64,000 nt of DNA, taken from contig WANQ01000034.1 in the NCBI GenBank assembly GCA_015521735.1, positions 10,201 through 74,200 on the forward strand, written 5' to 3'. Every line of letters starts with the position of its first letter. Position 1 is the first letter of the stretch. The DNA is from Pyrodictiaceae archaeon. Lineage in GTDB: Archaea > Thermoproteota > Thermoprotei_A > Sulfolobales > WANQ01. Made by a program: the position numbers and the translations under genes. The notes beneath the pieces were generated by a model. The model saw only the letters and a program-made list of their open reading frames with translations, was not told the origin of the DNA and ran no database searches. Positions 46,753 to 55,323 of this stretch are shown in pieces.

Positions 46753-47652
46753 ATGCAATGGCTGGGATTTGAACCCGGGACCTCCGGCGTGGCAGGCCGG
46801 CGTCCTAGTCCAGGCACGACGACCGCTGTTAAACAGGAGTTAACTACGCAACTAAGAGGTCTACCGATGCCAGAGATAGATAACGAGCTTCTGGAGGGCT
46901 TCCGCAACTACTTGTTGAACAAGGTATCCGAGGATACGTTGAGAGACTATGTTAACGCTGTTGTGAAGCAAGAGTGGCCTCCCATTAAGCATAGCCATGT
47001 CAAGGCTTGGCGCAACTATGTCCAGTACTTGTTCAGTATAGGTAGGCTTAGCTGGGAGGAGAAGGCGAGGTACCTAGACTTCTTGAAGCTGCCAAGAAGT
47101 GAAAGGAAGGTAGAGGAAGAGGTACCTGTTCCACTTATAATTAAATACAAGGAGATAATACTGGGTAGCGAACTAGGAGACCTATACTACCTGCTACTAG
47201 GTGGAGCGAGGCTAGAACACCTTGTTAGAATGCTAGAATCTTATGCACCTGAAGAGGTTGTTAAACACCCTACTGGCAGGTTTGAGCCCCGATTATACTG
47301 TAGTAGACTATACTGTAGATACTACCTTGGTATCCGGAAGGGTAGTAAAAGAGTAGACTACATATACTTCCCAATAATATCCGATAGCCTCATGATACCC
47401 TGGATGACGTATCGTCAGCTACGCGATTACCTAAACAAGCGGCTAGGTATACGGGTCAAACTTTTTAGGAAATTTGTTAACCAGCGCCTTGAATCGCTTG
47501 CTGAACAATACAATATACGGCTAGACGCAGTCAACTTGATAATGAGTAGAGAACTCAGCGTTACAGGAGCACATTATCTGAATGTGAGGGACTGGGCGGA
47601 CAAACTGTTCAAGCTGTATGTTGAATGGTTGAGAAGAAACAAGTTAATCTAA
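46753..47652 (+). CDS. SSV-type tyrosine integrase, C-terminal (catalytic) fragment Int(C)
   Basis: The ORF begins inside attL (GFEPGTSGVAGRRPSPG, encoded antisense to the tRNA). It is the continuation of the Int(N) reading frame and has the integrase-like GGARLEHLVRML...GAHYLNVRDWADKLFKLY. Confidence 0.8.
   Translation: MQWLGFEPGTSGVAGRRPSPGTTTAVKQELTTQLRGLPMPEIDNELLEGFRNYLLNKVSEDTLRDYVNAVVKQEWPPIKHSHVKAWRNYVQYLFSIGRLSWEEKARYLDFLKLPRSERKVEEEVPVPLIIKYKEIILGSELGDLYYLLLGGARLEHLVRMLESYAPEEVVKHPTGRFEPRLYCSRLYCRYYLGIRKGSKRVDYIYFPIISDSLMIPWMTYRQLRDYLNKRLGIRVKLFRKFVNQRLESLAEQYNIRLDAVNLIMSRELSVTGAHYLNVRDWADKLFKLYVEWLRRNKLI
46764..46815. repeat. attL: 52-bp direct repeat (partial, non-functional copy of the tRNA-Gly 3' portion)
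   Basis: gggatttgaacccgggacctccggcgtggcaggccggcgtcctagtccaggc is identical to 54491-54542. Similarity continues imperfectly for about 11 more bp. The acceptor stem cannot form here. Confidence 0.95.
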
Positions 47653-47654
47653 AC

Positions 47655-48152
47655 TCAGCTCTTTTTCACTCTTGCATCTATCTCCTCGACCAGTTTCCCT
47701 ACTTGTCTAAGCGCAATTTCAACATCTCTCCTAGTGCACCAGGCTTCATAGAAGCATGTGTGCATGGAATTTGCGTGAGCCCATACATCGCTAATCCATT
47801 CTCCTAGCTCATCTACTAACTTGTCCTTATACAACCATAGTTCTCGGTGACTGGTTAGCCTTTTACCCTCCTTCCAGTAAGCATATGCTTTTACTGCTAG
47901 AGCACCTGCACCCCATACTTTCTCAGCAGCCTGACGTATATCCCCCTTCTCTAGCTCCTTCTTAGCTTCTTCAAGCAGCTCTTTAGCAGCATTAATGTAT
48001 TCTACTGCTCTGCTCTCCGGGTCAAGTTCTTTGACGATGAGTTCTACAACGTATTCTTCTAGGCTGAGGCCGAGTTGCTCGGCAAGCCTTCTAGCATGCT
48101 CAGCAAGATTGCGGGGTATACTAATAGACACCGCCATAACCCAGGACACCAC
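47655..48152 (-). CDS. RHH (CopG-like) domain fused to a PaREP1-family (HEPN-related) domain
   Basis: N-terminal ISIPRNLAEHARRLAEQLGLSLEEYVVELI. PaREP1 pattern ELLEEAKKELEKGDIRQAAEKVWGAGALAVKAYA...RLTSHRELW. Confidence 0.7.
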   Translation of the reverse strand: MVSWVMAVSISIPRNLAEHARRLAEQLGLSLEEYVVELIVKELDPESRAVEYINAAKELLEEAKKELEKGDIRQAAEKVWGAGALAVKAYAYWKEGKRLTSHRELWLYKDKLVDELGEWISDVWAHANSMHTCFYEAWCTRRDVEIALRQVGKLVEEIDARVKKS

Positions 48153-48518
48153 ACCTACTATAATATGGTATAGCAGGTTATATTATATGTTAGGTGCATG
48201 TACAACTAGTAGGAGGTGCCAATTCTTTCTCCCCGACGTGACCTGCAGTATGGAGGGATGGTATACTGAGGACAAGGGGAGGAGGAAGCAGGAGCAAGTA
48301 GCAGGATTCTTGCTTGAACGCCAACTATTCTTTCACGTTACCTACGTAAAGAATAGCCAACAGAAGTAGATATGCTAGCAAACTCTTTCCAGCCACAAAA
48401 GAATTGAGTTCACCCATTATCTGAGAAGAGTGTATTTCTGTAGGGTGTGTTCTTATAGTTAACGAGGTGTGCTTGATGAGTGGTGATAATAAAGGAGTAG
48501 ACAATGAGGGTGCATCAA

Positions 48519-48638
48519 GGTTCATCAGCTCTCCTATTATTATATAAGAGTACTTCACTGTACTACTCTGATATATAATAATAGGAAACTTGATGAACCC
48601 ATTCCAACCCCAAGCATGACTGGGGGTTCATCAGCTCT
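48519..48638. repeat. Iteron-like repeats in the element's 590-bp non-coding region
   Basis: 14-bp direct repeat GGTTCATCAGCTCT at 48519-48532 and 48625-48638. Inverted repeat TGATGAACCC (48591-48600) / GGGTTCATCA (48624-48633). A related TTGATGAG lies near 48473. Confidence 0.75.
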
Positions 48639-48742
48639 GAAGGAGCAAGAAGAAGCCTGGACAGAGTACATCAGCCAGAGTTAATTGCGTGCACGGCCAA
48701 GAGCTCTATTACCTATAAAGAGAATAAAGAAGACAGCTTAAC

Positions 48743-50593
48743 TTAGTGCACGATGGATACTAGTACTTCCTCTCTTTCCTTGATTACTCTTAGTCCGCGA
48801 TAGTATCTTTTTCCTTTTATTACTGTCTTCCTGTATCCCAGTCTTTCCATCTCTATGGTGAATCTACGCTTATCTACTGGTTCTATGTCTTCATTATTGC
48901 AGTAGTTTACGTATATGTTGTATAACTTGCTTGCCTCGATACGTGCACTTGGGTTTCTTTCAGCCCTGTACCCTTCAACTTTTCCTTGTAACAGATCTTT
49001 TATGAACGCGTATACTGTGTTCACATTTCTCAGCCACTTCTCTTTATAGTCTACCTCGGTCTCCTCGAAACTGAATCTCCTCCTAATCCATGCATTCCTA
49101 AATGCGAACAGAGATACTATGATTATACCCTCTTTCTCTTGTTCGGTAAATGTTTCTTCGTAGAAACGTGGGTTTAAAGGAAACTGATTGGGGAACTCTA
49201 TTACTATCCATCTCCTCCAAAATGCTGGTGTCATATCTGAGACAGGGGGTAGTTCGTTTGCTGAGAATAGCAGCTTAGCGTAGTTAACAAATGATATAGG
49301 ATCTTTAAACTTACGGTCAGCTGTTATTTCATCCTCCCCCGTTAGTGCTTTGAACCTCCCAGTATGCTTTAGTGCATGACTCGGAAGATCGGGATAAATG
49401 TTAGCTAGTTTATGGTATAATTCTGCTACTATAAACCTCTTATTCTCATCGCAAAGATCTTGAAGACTTATACTGGATACGTTCTGTGGCCCCAAAATAT
49501 CACGTATAAGTCTAAGATATGTCGATTTACCGTTTGATCCTGAACCAAGTAGCATCACGGCTTTGTGGAGATCGTGTTTAGGGTATAGCGTATAGCCTAT
49601 GATCTCGAACAACAGTATCCATTTCTCACCGACCCAATCTTTGAACGCTTTTAAGGACTTAGGGCATAGTTCCTCAGCTATTCTTTCTATGTTTTCTACA
49701 TTGGTTATCATGCTTTCATCAAACTTTACTAATCCATTTAGTTTTTGTACGGCTCTTTCTAGTTTCTCTAAAGCTAGTTCATGAGGTATGACATGAAAAA
49801 CTATGATTTCGGGACCAGGTACTTGTACTGAATCTCTTATACTCCCTGTCTTCAGGAACTTTTCCCAATCAAGTACATAGTTCTTGAAGGCTATTTTTAA
49901 TGGCTCGTAGCGGAGCTTAGTAAGTGTTTTCCTCTTTATCTTCGCTATTGCCTCATTTATGATCCACCTTGTTGTTTTCTTATCGACATTCTCGGTCTTC
50001 GATACTAGTTCTTCTATTTCCGCTACAATGTCTTTCTCACATGGCGTGTAGGCTATTTTGTCAAAGCAGAACATTCCGATTTCATACTCCTTATTCGTAG
50101 TTGTCATGTAGAATGTCTTGATAACATGTCTGCTCAGTATTGATGTAACTATCTTGTAGTATAGTTCTTCGCGTTCACTGATACGTGTTATCTTTAACGC
50201 TATTCCAGTATTCTTGCTTTCATTACGTCTTACGTTATTTTCTAAGAACTCTCTAACAATTGACGTTAAAACAAAGTTCACGTAACCTAATTTTTCTCCT
50301 AGTTTTTCTGCTACTCCAGCTCTGTATAGCAATGCTTCAAGTACATAGTTAAGATAGTAGCTATCATATTTCGCTATCTCTACTTGTGCATTGCCAAGCT
50401 TTATGGTAATAGGTAAATCAAACTCTATTTCTAAATTGTTCATGATTTCTTCTACAATTTCTCTAGCACCAGGCTTTAACGTTTTCAAATACTTTTCTGC
50501 AACGTCACGAAGACTGCCTCCTTCATTTACATGTTTCTTTGCCTGGGCAATGCTTAAATATTTATCTCTACATACACTACTATCAGCTGCCAC
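48743..50593 (-). CDS. Replication protein: D5/P4-family SF3 helicase (phage/plasmid primase C-terminal domain type)
   Basis: 616 aa. Walker A LLGSGSNGKSTYLRLI, then TADRKFKDP...LLFSANELP...FWRRWIVIEF, typical of P4-alpha/D5 NTPases. No clear primase-polymerase motif is seen in the N-terminal half. Confidence 0.75.
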   Translation of the reverse strand: MAADSSVCRDKYLSIAQAKKHVNEGGSLRDVAEKYLKTLKPGAREIVEEIMNNLEIEFDLPITIKLGNAQVEIAKYDSYYLNYVLEALLYRAGVAEKLGEKLGYVNFVLTSIVREFLENNVRRNESKNTGIALKITRISEREELYYKIVTSILSRHVIKTFYMTTTNKEYEIGMFCFDKIAYTPCEKDIVAEIEELVSKTENVDKKTTRWIINEAIAKIKRKTLTKLRYEPLKIAFKNYVLDWEKFLKTGSIRDSVQVPGPEIIVFHVIPHELALEKLERAVQKLNGLVKFDESMITNVENIERIAEELCPKSLKAFKDWVGEKWILLFEIIGYTLYPKHDLHKAVMLLGSGSNGKSTYLRLIRDILGPQNVSSISLQDLCDENKRFIVAELYHKLANIYPDLPSHALKHTGRFKALTGEDEITADRKFKDPISFVNYAKLLFSANELPPVSDMTPAFWRRWIVIEFPNQFPLNPRFYEETFTEQEKEGIIIVSLFAFRNAWIRRRFSFEETEVDYKEKWLRNVNTVYAFIKDLLQGKVEGYRAERNPSARIEASKLYNIYVNYCNNEDIEPVDKRRFTIEMERLGYRKTVIKGKRYYRGLRVIKEREEVLVSIVH

Positions 50594-50949
50594 TCCCCTC
50601 CTTCCACCCCCTCATTCTCTTTCGGGAGGTTGCATCAACACTTCTTTACACGTCTATTCTCACACAAAACAGCTATTTAAGGTGTGCGGTTTACCGTCTG
50701 AGTCTCTATATCCTTATATTCAATTTTCCTATGAGGAGATTATCAATAAACTTATTAGCAAATTATTGGGGGATACGAGACTATATGTTGAGGCTCTTAG
50801 AGTTCTAGCAGGAGTCATAGCATCTAGAAACAAGTACTCTAAGACAACAGTAGAAGTTGCCAAGGAAATACTGAGAACACTAGACGAAGCCACCACTCCT
50901 CACCTAAACTGGAAGACACTAATACACTAGTTCTAATAGCATAGTAATA

Positions 50950-51327
50950 ATGTGGGAGATGGTAGTAGTGTTCAAGGCTAGGAGGGGGTTGGAGGACTGG
51001 GAGAAGCCTCTACTAGCAGGAGCATTGTATATGGTTGACCCACGACCCGAGGAAGAGGTTTTCAGGGAAATGGTGGAGCTTGTTGGATTGGAGATGGCTG
51101 AGCGGATAGCTAGTCTCGTATGGAGGATGTGTTTCGGGGAAGGCTATAGTCTTGAAGAGTGGGCTAGTATACTAGAGAAGCTGAGAACACTGTCTCCATG
51201 GGAGTGTATTTGGAGGTTCCAGGAACTAGTTGAAGGAGGGCTTAGGAGGAGACATGAAGTGGAACCAGCAAGGATAAACCCAGTAGAGTTGCTGAGAACA
51301 GCTTGTAAGCTACTAGGACTAGGCTAG
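50950..51327 (+). CDS. Hypothetical protein (125 aa), element-borne
   Basis: GC-rich ORF inside the integrated element. No motif recognised. Confidence 0.45.
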   Translation: MWEMVVVFKARRGLEDWEKPLLAGALYMVDPRPEEEVFREMVELVGLEMAERIASLVWRMCFGEGYSLEEWASILEKLRTLSPWECIWRFQELVEGGLRRRHEVEPARINPVELLRTACKLLGLG

Positions 51328-51427
51328 TGGTTACCCGCTACTAGTATCCTTAATGCTATGTATAATGCTAGGGCTATGGTAGGCGTCGTCAATAATAGTG
51401 TACTGGCTTGTTTAAGAAACACTAGTG

Positions 51428-52933
51428 TTATCTCGTGGTATTGGCTTGTGTCTGGTTTTTCTCCGCCATCTCTATTCGTTTCAGTAGGTTCTCTACCATT
51501 TTTATTGATGCTTCTAGTTCTAGTACTGGTACATCTGGGTATAGTTGTCTACGGTACTCTATGTATTTTTCCACCAGCCATACTAGGCTTGGCTCTCTAC
51601 CACCCCTAATCCACCTCCTACTCCATGTCTCGTAGTCTTCTATTTCTCCTAGCAGGTTCCTAGCCCAGTCTAGGGCCTTCAACCTACCTGTAGCGAAGGC
51701 TTCGTCTAGGTTAGGGTATATACTAGCGTTTACTAGTAGGTGGGGTATTTCGCCATACCAGTCTACGTAGATTGTACGGTTAACGCAGACTCTCTCATAC
51801 TGTTCATCCCAGTCTAGTCTAGGCAGTATAATGTCAGCGAAACCCCAATCACCAAGGTATTCAGCGTAGGGTGGTACACCAGCATACCATGATAAGTGCC
51901 CAATAGCACACCCCTTATAGAGTAGTATGGTTACACCCGTAGCTTCTACTGGGTATATGTTGCTCCAATACCTTGTCCTCAAAACTATTTCACGAGCAAC
52001 CGTGTCTATGAACGGCTTATCAACCTCGTTGAACCAGTATCTTGCCTTTGATACACCGTTTGGGTCTCCATGTGCCCATACAACACTTGGTACTGCTACT
52101 TCTACTATTATTGGGTTCATAGCCTTGTGTTCTCTTAGCCATCTTACAGCGTCTTCGTTAGCTATTGTTCCTTGTAGGTCTACGTAGCCCCATCCTAGCT
52201 TAATGAATCTTGGGTCGTAGCGTCCTAGTGATAGGATTACTGGTCTCTTCAAGGATATGTTTCTAATCCACCACGCTATTCTTAGTGCATTGTCCTTGTT
52301 TGCCTCATAGAATATGGCTGTAACGTTTATCTTGTCTCCGCTTACTTCTTCTAGGGCTACGTATATGTATGGCTTGTCTGGAACATATTTTACGTATAGG
52401 TCTCTTGTCCAGAATAGTGATTCAACGCTACTAGTCCTAATCAATGCGTACTTGTTGAACGGGTTTCCTAGACAAACCATGCTTGTTAGAGCGTACTTGT
52501 AGCAGTCTTTTCCTAGAGTACCCGCCTCATACCACCATATCATCTGGAATATTGTCCTGTCAATAGCCTTGCTCCCCTTCAACCCAACCTTATTCCACCA
52601 CTCACTACTAGTCAACCCCTCCCTAACCACGATACTCCTCAACGGCTTGGGTGGTGGAGGCGGTACATTTCTTGGGAGGACTGGTGGTAGACGGTTATCG
52701 TATACTGTTACCAAGCCCCCACTAGTATTACCTGATACAGCCTTCGTAACCCTCTCAATAGCTTCCTCAACATTCCCCCAACGCTCAGGGTGAAGTAATA
52801 GTGGTACACCAACAACCATGAGAAACACGGCAATACTAAGCAGTACTACTCCTATAGCCTTTGCAATCCTCTTACCCTTTCCACCACCTTCTCCTTGAAT
52901 AGTTTCTGTGTCCTCACTCAACTCTTTCACCAC
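51428..52933 (-). CDS. Membrane-anchored (N-terminal TM) large extracytoplasmic protein, element-borne
   Basis: 501 aa. N-terminal RIAKAIGVVLLSIAVFLMVVGVPLLL, followed by a Trp/Tyr-rich soluble domain. No catalytic motif recognised. Confidence 0.55.
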   Translation of the reverse strand: MVKELSEDTETIQGEGGGKGKRIAKAIGVVLLSIAVFLMVVGVPLLLHPERWGNVEEAIERVTKAVSGNTSGGLVTVYDNRLPPVLPRNVPPPPPKPLRSIVVREGLTSSEWWNKVGLKGSKAIDRTIFQMIWWYEAGTLGKDCYKYALTSMVCLGNPFNKYALIRTSSVESLFWTRDLYVKYVPDKPYIYVALEEVSGDKINVTAIFYEANKDNALRIAWWIRNISLKRPVILSLGRYDPRFIKLGWGYVDLQGTIANEDAVRWLREHKAMNPIIVEVAVPSVVWAHGDPNGVSKARYWFNEVDKPFIDTVAREIVLRTRYWSNIYPVEATGVTILLYKGCAIGHLSWYAGVPPYAEYLGDWGFADIILPRLDWDEQYERVCVNRTIYVDWYGEIPHLLVNASIYPNLDEAFATGRLKALDWARNLLGEIEDYETWSRRWIRGGREPSLVWLVEKYIEYRRQLYPDVPVLELEASIKMVENLLKRIEMAEKNQTQANTTR

Positions 52934-53021
52934 ACAATAATATGTAAAAGTAATAGCGGGTAACAGTTATTCCAAGTTATAGAATACGTGAGGAGAGAAA
53001 AAAGCTTAACCCCGAAGGAGG

Positions 53022-54071
53022 CTAGAATAAGCCCTTAGACCTATTGAAGTATGTTTCCTCGTTCTCCTCCTTGACATGCTCTCTCGTCACTATTGCCCCA
53101 GCTCTCTTCTGTATCATTAGTCCTTCTTGTTGTTGTTGTTCCTGTTGTATTCTCCAGACCTCTTCCAGAGTATTTCCTCTACGTACATAGATGATTATAC
53201 ACCAAGTCTTGGATACTAGATCCTCGAAGTACCTGTAATAGTAGTGTTCACTTGGGTACCTGAACCAGCCCTGCTCTTTTAGCAGGTAGTGTATTCTTCT
53301 AGCTACGTCGTGGCTCCCATACATTCTCCTTATAATATTGTCCGCCTCGTGTTCGCAGTGTAAAGCTAAAAACTCGTCGTGTATTCCTAGTTGCTCAAAT
53401 ATCTCTGCTAGCTTATTAGACTTAACCATGTGCATCTTACTTGTTTTCTCTTCGTAGTAAATGAATGCATCATCTTTCCTGGCTACTAGTATACCTGTCT
53501 GCCTAATACCTAACAATGTATGCGCTAACAAGTCTACTGCCCGCCACTTCTCCCCCTGCTCTATGAGCTGTCTTGCTACCGCTACTACTCTTTGCACTGG
53601 TTTAGGTAGCTCCTCCACCACTTTCTTAGCAGATTGCCCCTTGGCACCAGAGCCTATGACTTGATCTCTAGTACGAACTCTTTTCCAGTCTATACTTCCC
53701 TTGACAAATGATTCGTCGAGGATAACTGGCTTATACCATCCGTTAATGTCTTCAATAAGCCCGTAGAGTTCTAGTCGTTTCAGTATCTTCCACGTCGCGT
53801 TCTTGCTCTTAACACCCGCAATTGCCTGATGAAACTTATAGATGTCCCTAAACTTGACAAGGCGTCTTCTCTTAGTATAGACCTGCTTCAAGAACCACCA
53901 AATCGTGTACGATGGCCCCTTCTCGTAGTAGAGGCGCCTACCAAGGGACAACAAGTCTCTTGTAACATGAATCCCCGAAAACACTACACTATCACTAAAT
54001 CTTTTCCAAACTCGCACTGCAGCCACCCCACCCCACAGAACTGGTATAAAAAGACCGCATGGGGTGGACAC
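53022..54071 (-). CDS. Hypothetical protein with a wHTH-like segment, element-borne
   Basis: 349 aa. NATWKILKRLELYGLIED resembles a winged-helix recognition region. Confidence 0.5.
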   Translation of the reverse strand: MSTPCGLFIPVLWGGVAAVRVWKRFSDSVVFSGIHVTRDLLSLGRRLYYEKGPSYTIWWFLKQVYTKRRRLVKFRDIYKFHQAIAGVKSKNATWKILKRLELYGLIEDINGWYKPVILDESFVKGSIDWKRVRTRDQVIGSGAKGQSAKKVVEELPKPVQRVVAVARQLIEQGEKWRAVDLLAHTLLGIRQTGILVARKDDAFIYYEEKTSKMHMVKSNKLAEIFEQLGIHDEFLALHCEHEADNIIRRMYGSHDVARRIHYLLKEQGWFRYPSEHYYYRYFEDLVSKTWCIIIYVRRGNTLEEVWRIQQEQQQQEGLMIQKRAGAIVTREHVKEENEETYFNRSKGLF

Positions 54072-54170
54072 TATGTTACAACATTCTCTTATTTATGCCA
54101 ATGTATTCTTGGCCGTGGATGACGTGAGGTTTTTCAGGGTAGGTAAGAGTTAACTACAATCAGGTGCATA

Positions 54171-54545
54171 GTGGTGAGGCAGGTATCTACTAGACTAGGC
54201 GGTGCAAGGTTGACCCTTGTCGTGAAGCACATCAAGGGAAAACTATACGTATACGATGAGTTCCGTGACCCTGTGACCAGGAAAGTTCAGACAATATACA
54301 TAGGCCCATTAGAGGAGATGGCTAGAGTATACCAGTTGTACAAGTCCTTAGGCAAGGTGGAGAAATTAACGAAACGCGACCTAAGACGCCTCGCCAGAAT
54401 TCTCTTGGAGGAATATGTTAGAAGGGTCGAACAGGTAGTTAAATCCAAGAAGCCTGAAGGAGAACCTATTGGAAAAGTGGTGCGGCGGCCGGGATTTGAA
54501 CCCGGGACCTCCGGCGTGGCAGGCCGGCGTCCTAGTCCAGGCTAG
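54171..54545 (+). CDS. SSV-type integrase, N-terminal fragment Int(N)
   Basis: 124-aa ORF ending inside attR with ...RRPGFEPGTSGVAGRRPSPG, the same peptide that starts Int(C). It reads antisense through tRNA-Gly. Confidence 0.8.
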   Translation: MVRQVSTRLGGARLTLVVKHIKGKLYVYDEFRDPVTRKVQTIYIGPLEEMARVYQLYKSLGKVEKLTKRDLRRLARILLEEYVRRVEQVVKSKKPEGEPIGKVVRRPGFEPGTSGVAGRRPSPG

Positions 54546-54556
54546 ACGACCGCCGC
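54478..54556 (-). tRNA. tRNA-Gly (anticodon GCC), CCA encoded
   Basis: Manual fold of the minus strand: acceptor GCGGCGG/CCGCCGC, D arm GUCU..GGAC, anticodon stem CCGGC/GCCGG with loop CUGCCAC, T arm CCGGG-UUCAAAU-CCCGG, discriminator A plus CCA, then a T-run. Confidence 0.92.
54491..54542. repeat. attR: 52-bp direct repeat inside the intact tRNA-Gly gene
   Basis: Identical to 46764-46815. Confidence 0.95.
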
Positions 54557-54689
54557 AGTCCAAGAGGGTAAGGTATACCTAGAAGTTTATTAAGCTTGTT
54601 ACACTTAGACTTAACACGTTATTCTATGAGGTTAAGTATTCTTTAAACTTTAAATAACGCTCTCTACATAAGCGTGCACGTGTGGGAAT

Positions 54690-54941
54690 ATGAGCGATTA
54701 CATAAAGGAGTTAAGGGATATTCTAAGAAAAGAACTAGCTAAGTGCTATGCCCTAGGCTTGAAGTCAGCAAACGTAATGCTAATACTACGCCAAGGCAAA
54801 CCTGAAGCAACAATAAAAGACTCTGGAGAATACGTAATAGTAACTATTGCAGGAAAAGAATACAAATACGATAAATGGTACACAAAGCCCGTACACCTAG
54901 CAAAGGTACTAACGAACTACTTTAACCCACGATGCAAGTAA
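54690..54941 (+). CDS. Hypothetical protein (83 aa)
   Basis: ORF between the two tRNA genes. No motif recognised. Confidence 0.4.
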   Translation: MSDYIKELRDILRKELAKCYALGLKSANVMLILRQGKPEATIKDSGEYVIVTIAGKEYKYDKWYTKPVHLAKVLTNYFNPRCK

Positions 54942-55101
54942 GACTCTAGAACCATTATTACGAAAACAGAATACAGGTTTTTAGAAGCCCCTACATCCCC
55001 TCCCCACATCTCATTTATCAACTAAACTAAGTCATAGACACTAGAATACGATTATACACGCAAGCATATTGTATTGGATAAGTGAGCTGAGAAGAAAGAA
55101 T

Positions 55102-55179
55102 TGGTGCCGCGGCCGGGATTTGAACCCGGGTCACGGGCTCGAAAGGCCCGCATACTTGGCCGGGCTATACTACCGCGGC
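55102..55179 (-). tRNA. tRNA-Glu (anticodon UUC), CCA encoded
   Basis: Manual fold: acceptor GCCGCGG/CCGCGGC, D arm GUAU..GUAU (with G-U pairs), anticodon stem CGGGC/GCCCG with loop CUUUCGA, T arm CCGGG-UUCAAAU-CCCGG, A plus CCA. Confidence 0.9.
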
Positions 55180-55323
55180 TCCTATGGAGCCTCCCTCCTT
55201 GTACCCGCGCTCGCCGTCTAGCTAACTATTACTAGGGGTGTTCTTAAGCCTAACTCTTTATTATTTACGTATGGTTTATGAAGGATACAGACCTGTTTAG
55301 ATAATTAGAGGTTTGCGTTAATT

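Larger units (their letters stand above)
46764..54542. mobile_element. Integrated plasmid/virus-like element (~7.8 kb) inserted in tRNA-Gly(GCC) by an SSV-type integrase that is split by integration
   Basis: 52-bp perfect direct repeats at both ends equal the 3' part of tRNA-Gly. Int(C) lies at the left end and Int(N) at the right end, in the same frame across the repeat. The interior looks visibly GC-richer than the flanks. Cargo is a replication helicase, an RHH-PaREP1 protein and wHTH proteins. Confidence 0.9.

Noticed and set aside
47995-48558. Two ORFs (124 aa plus strand, 77 aa minus strand) in the element's non-coding region
   Set aside because: They overlap the PaREP1 gene or the repeat cluster, have odd composition and no start context. 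The region is better explained as origin/regulatory DNA.
50391-50930. 179-aa and 89-aa plus-strand ORFs overlapping the 5' end of the helicase gene
   Set aside because: The first halves are antisense to the helicase gene. A short real gene in 50700-50930 (tail ...LRVLAGVIASRNKYSKTTVEVAKEILRTLDEATTPHLNWKTLIH) cannot be excluded, but it lacks an ATG start, so it is not reported as a feature.
55111-55130. Third copy of the att-like sequence ggccgggatttgaacccggg
   Set aside because: It is simply the T arm of tRNA-Glu, which shares its T-stem/loop with tRNA-Gly. Identity to the 52-bp att core stops after 16 bp.
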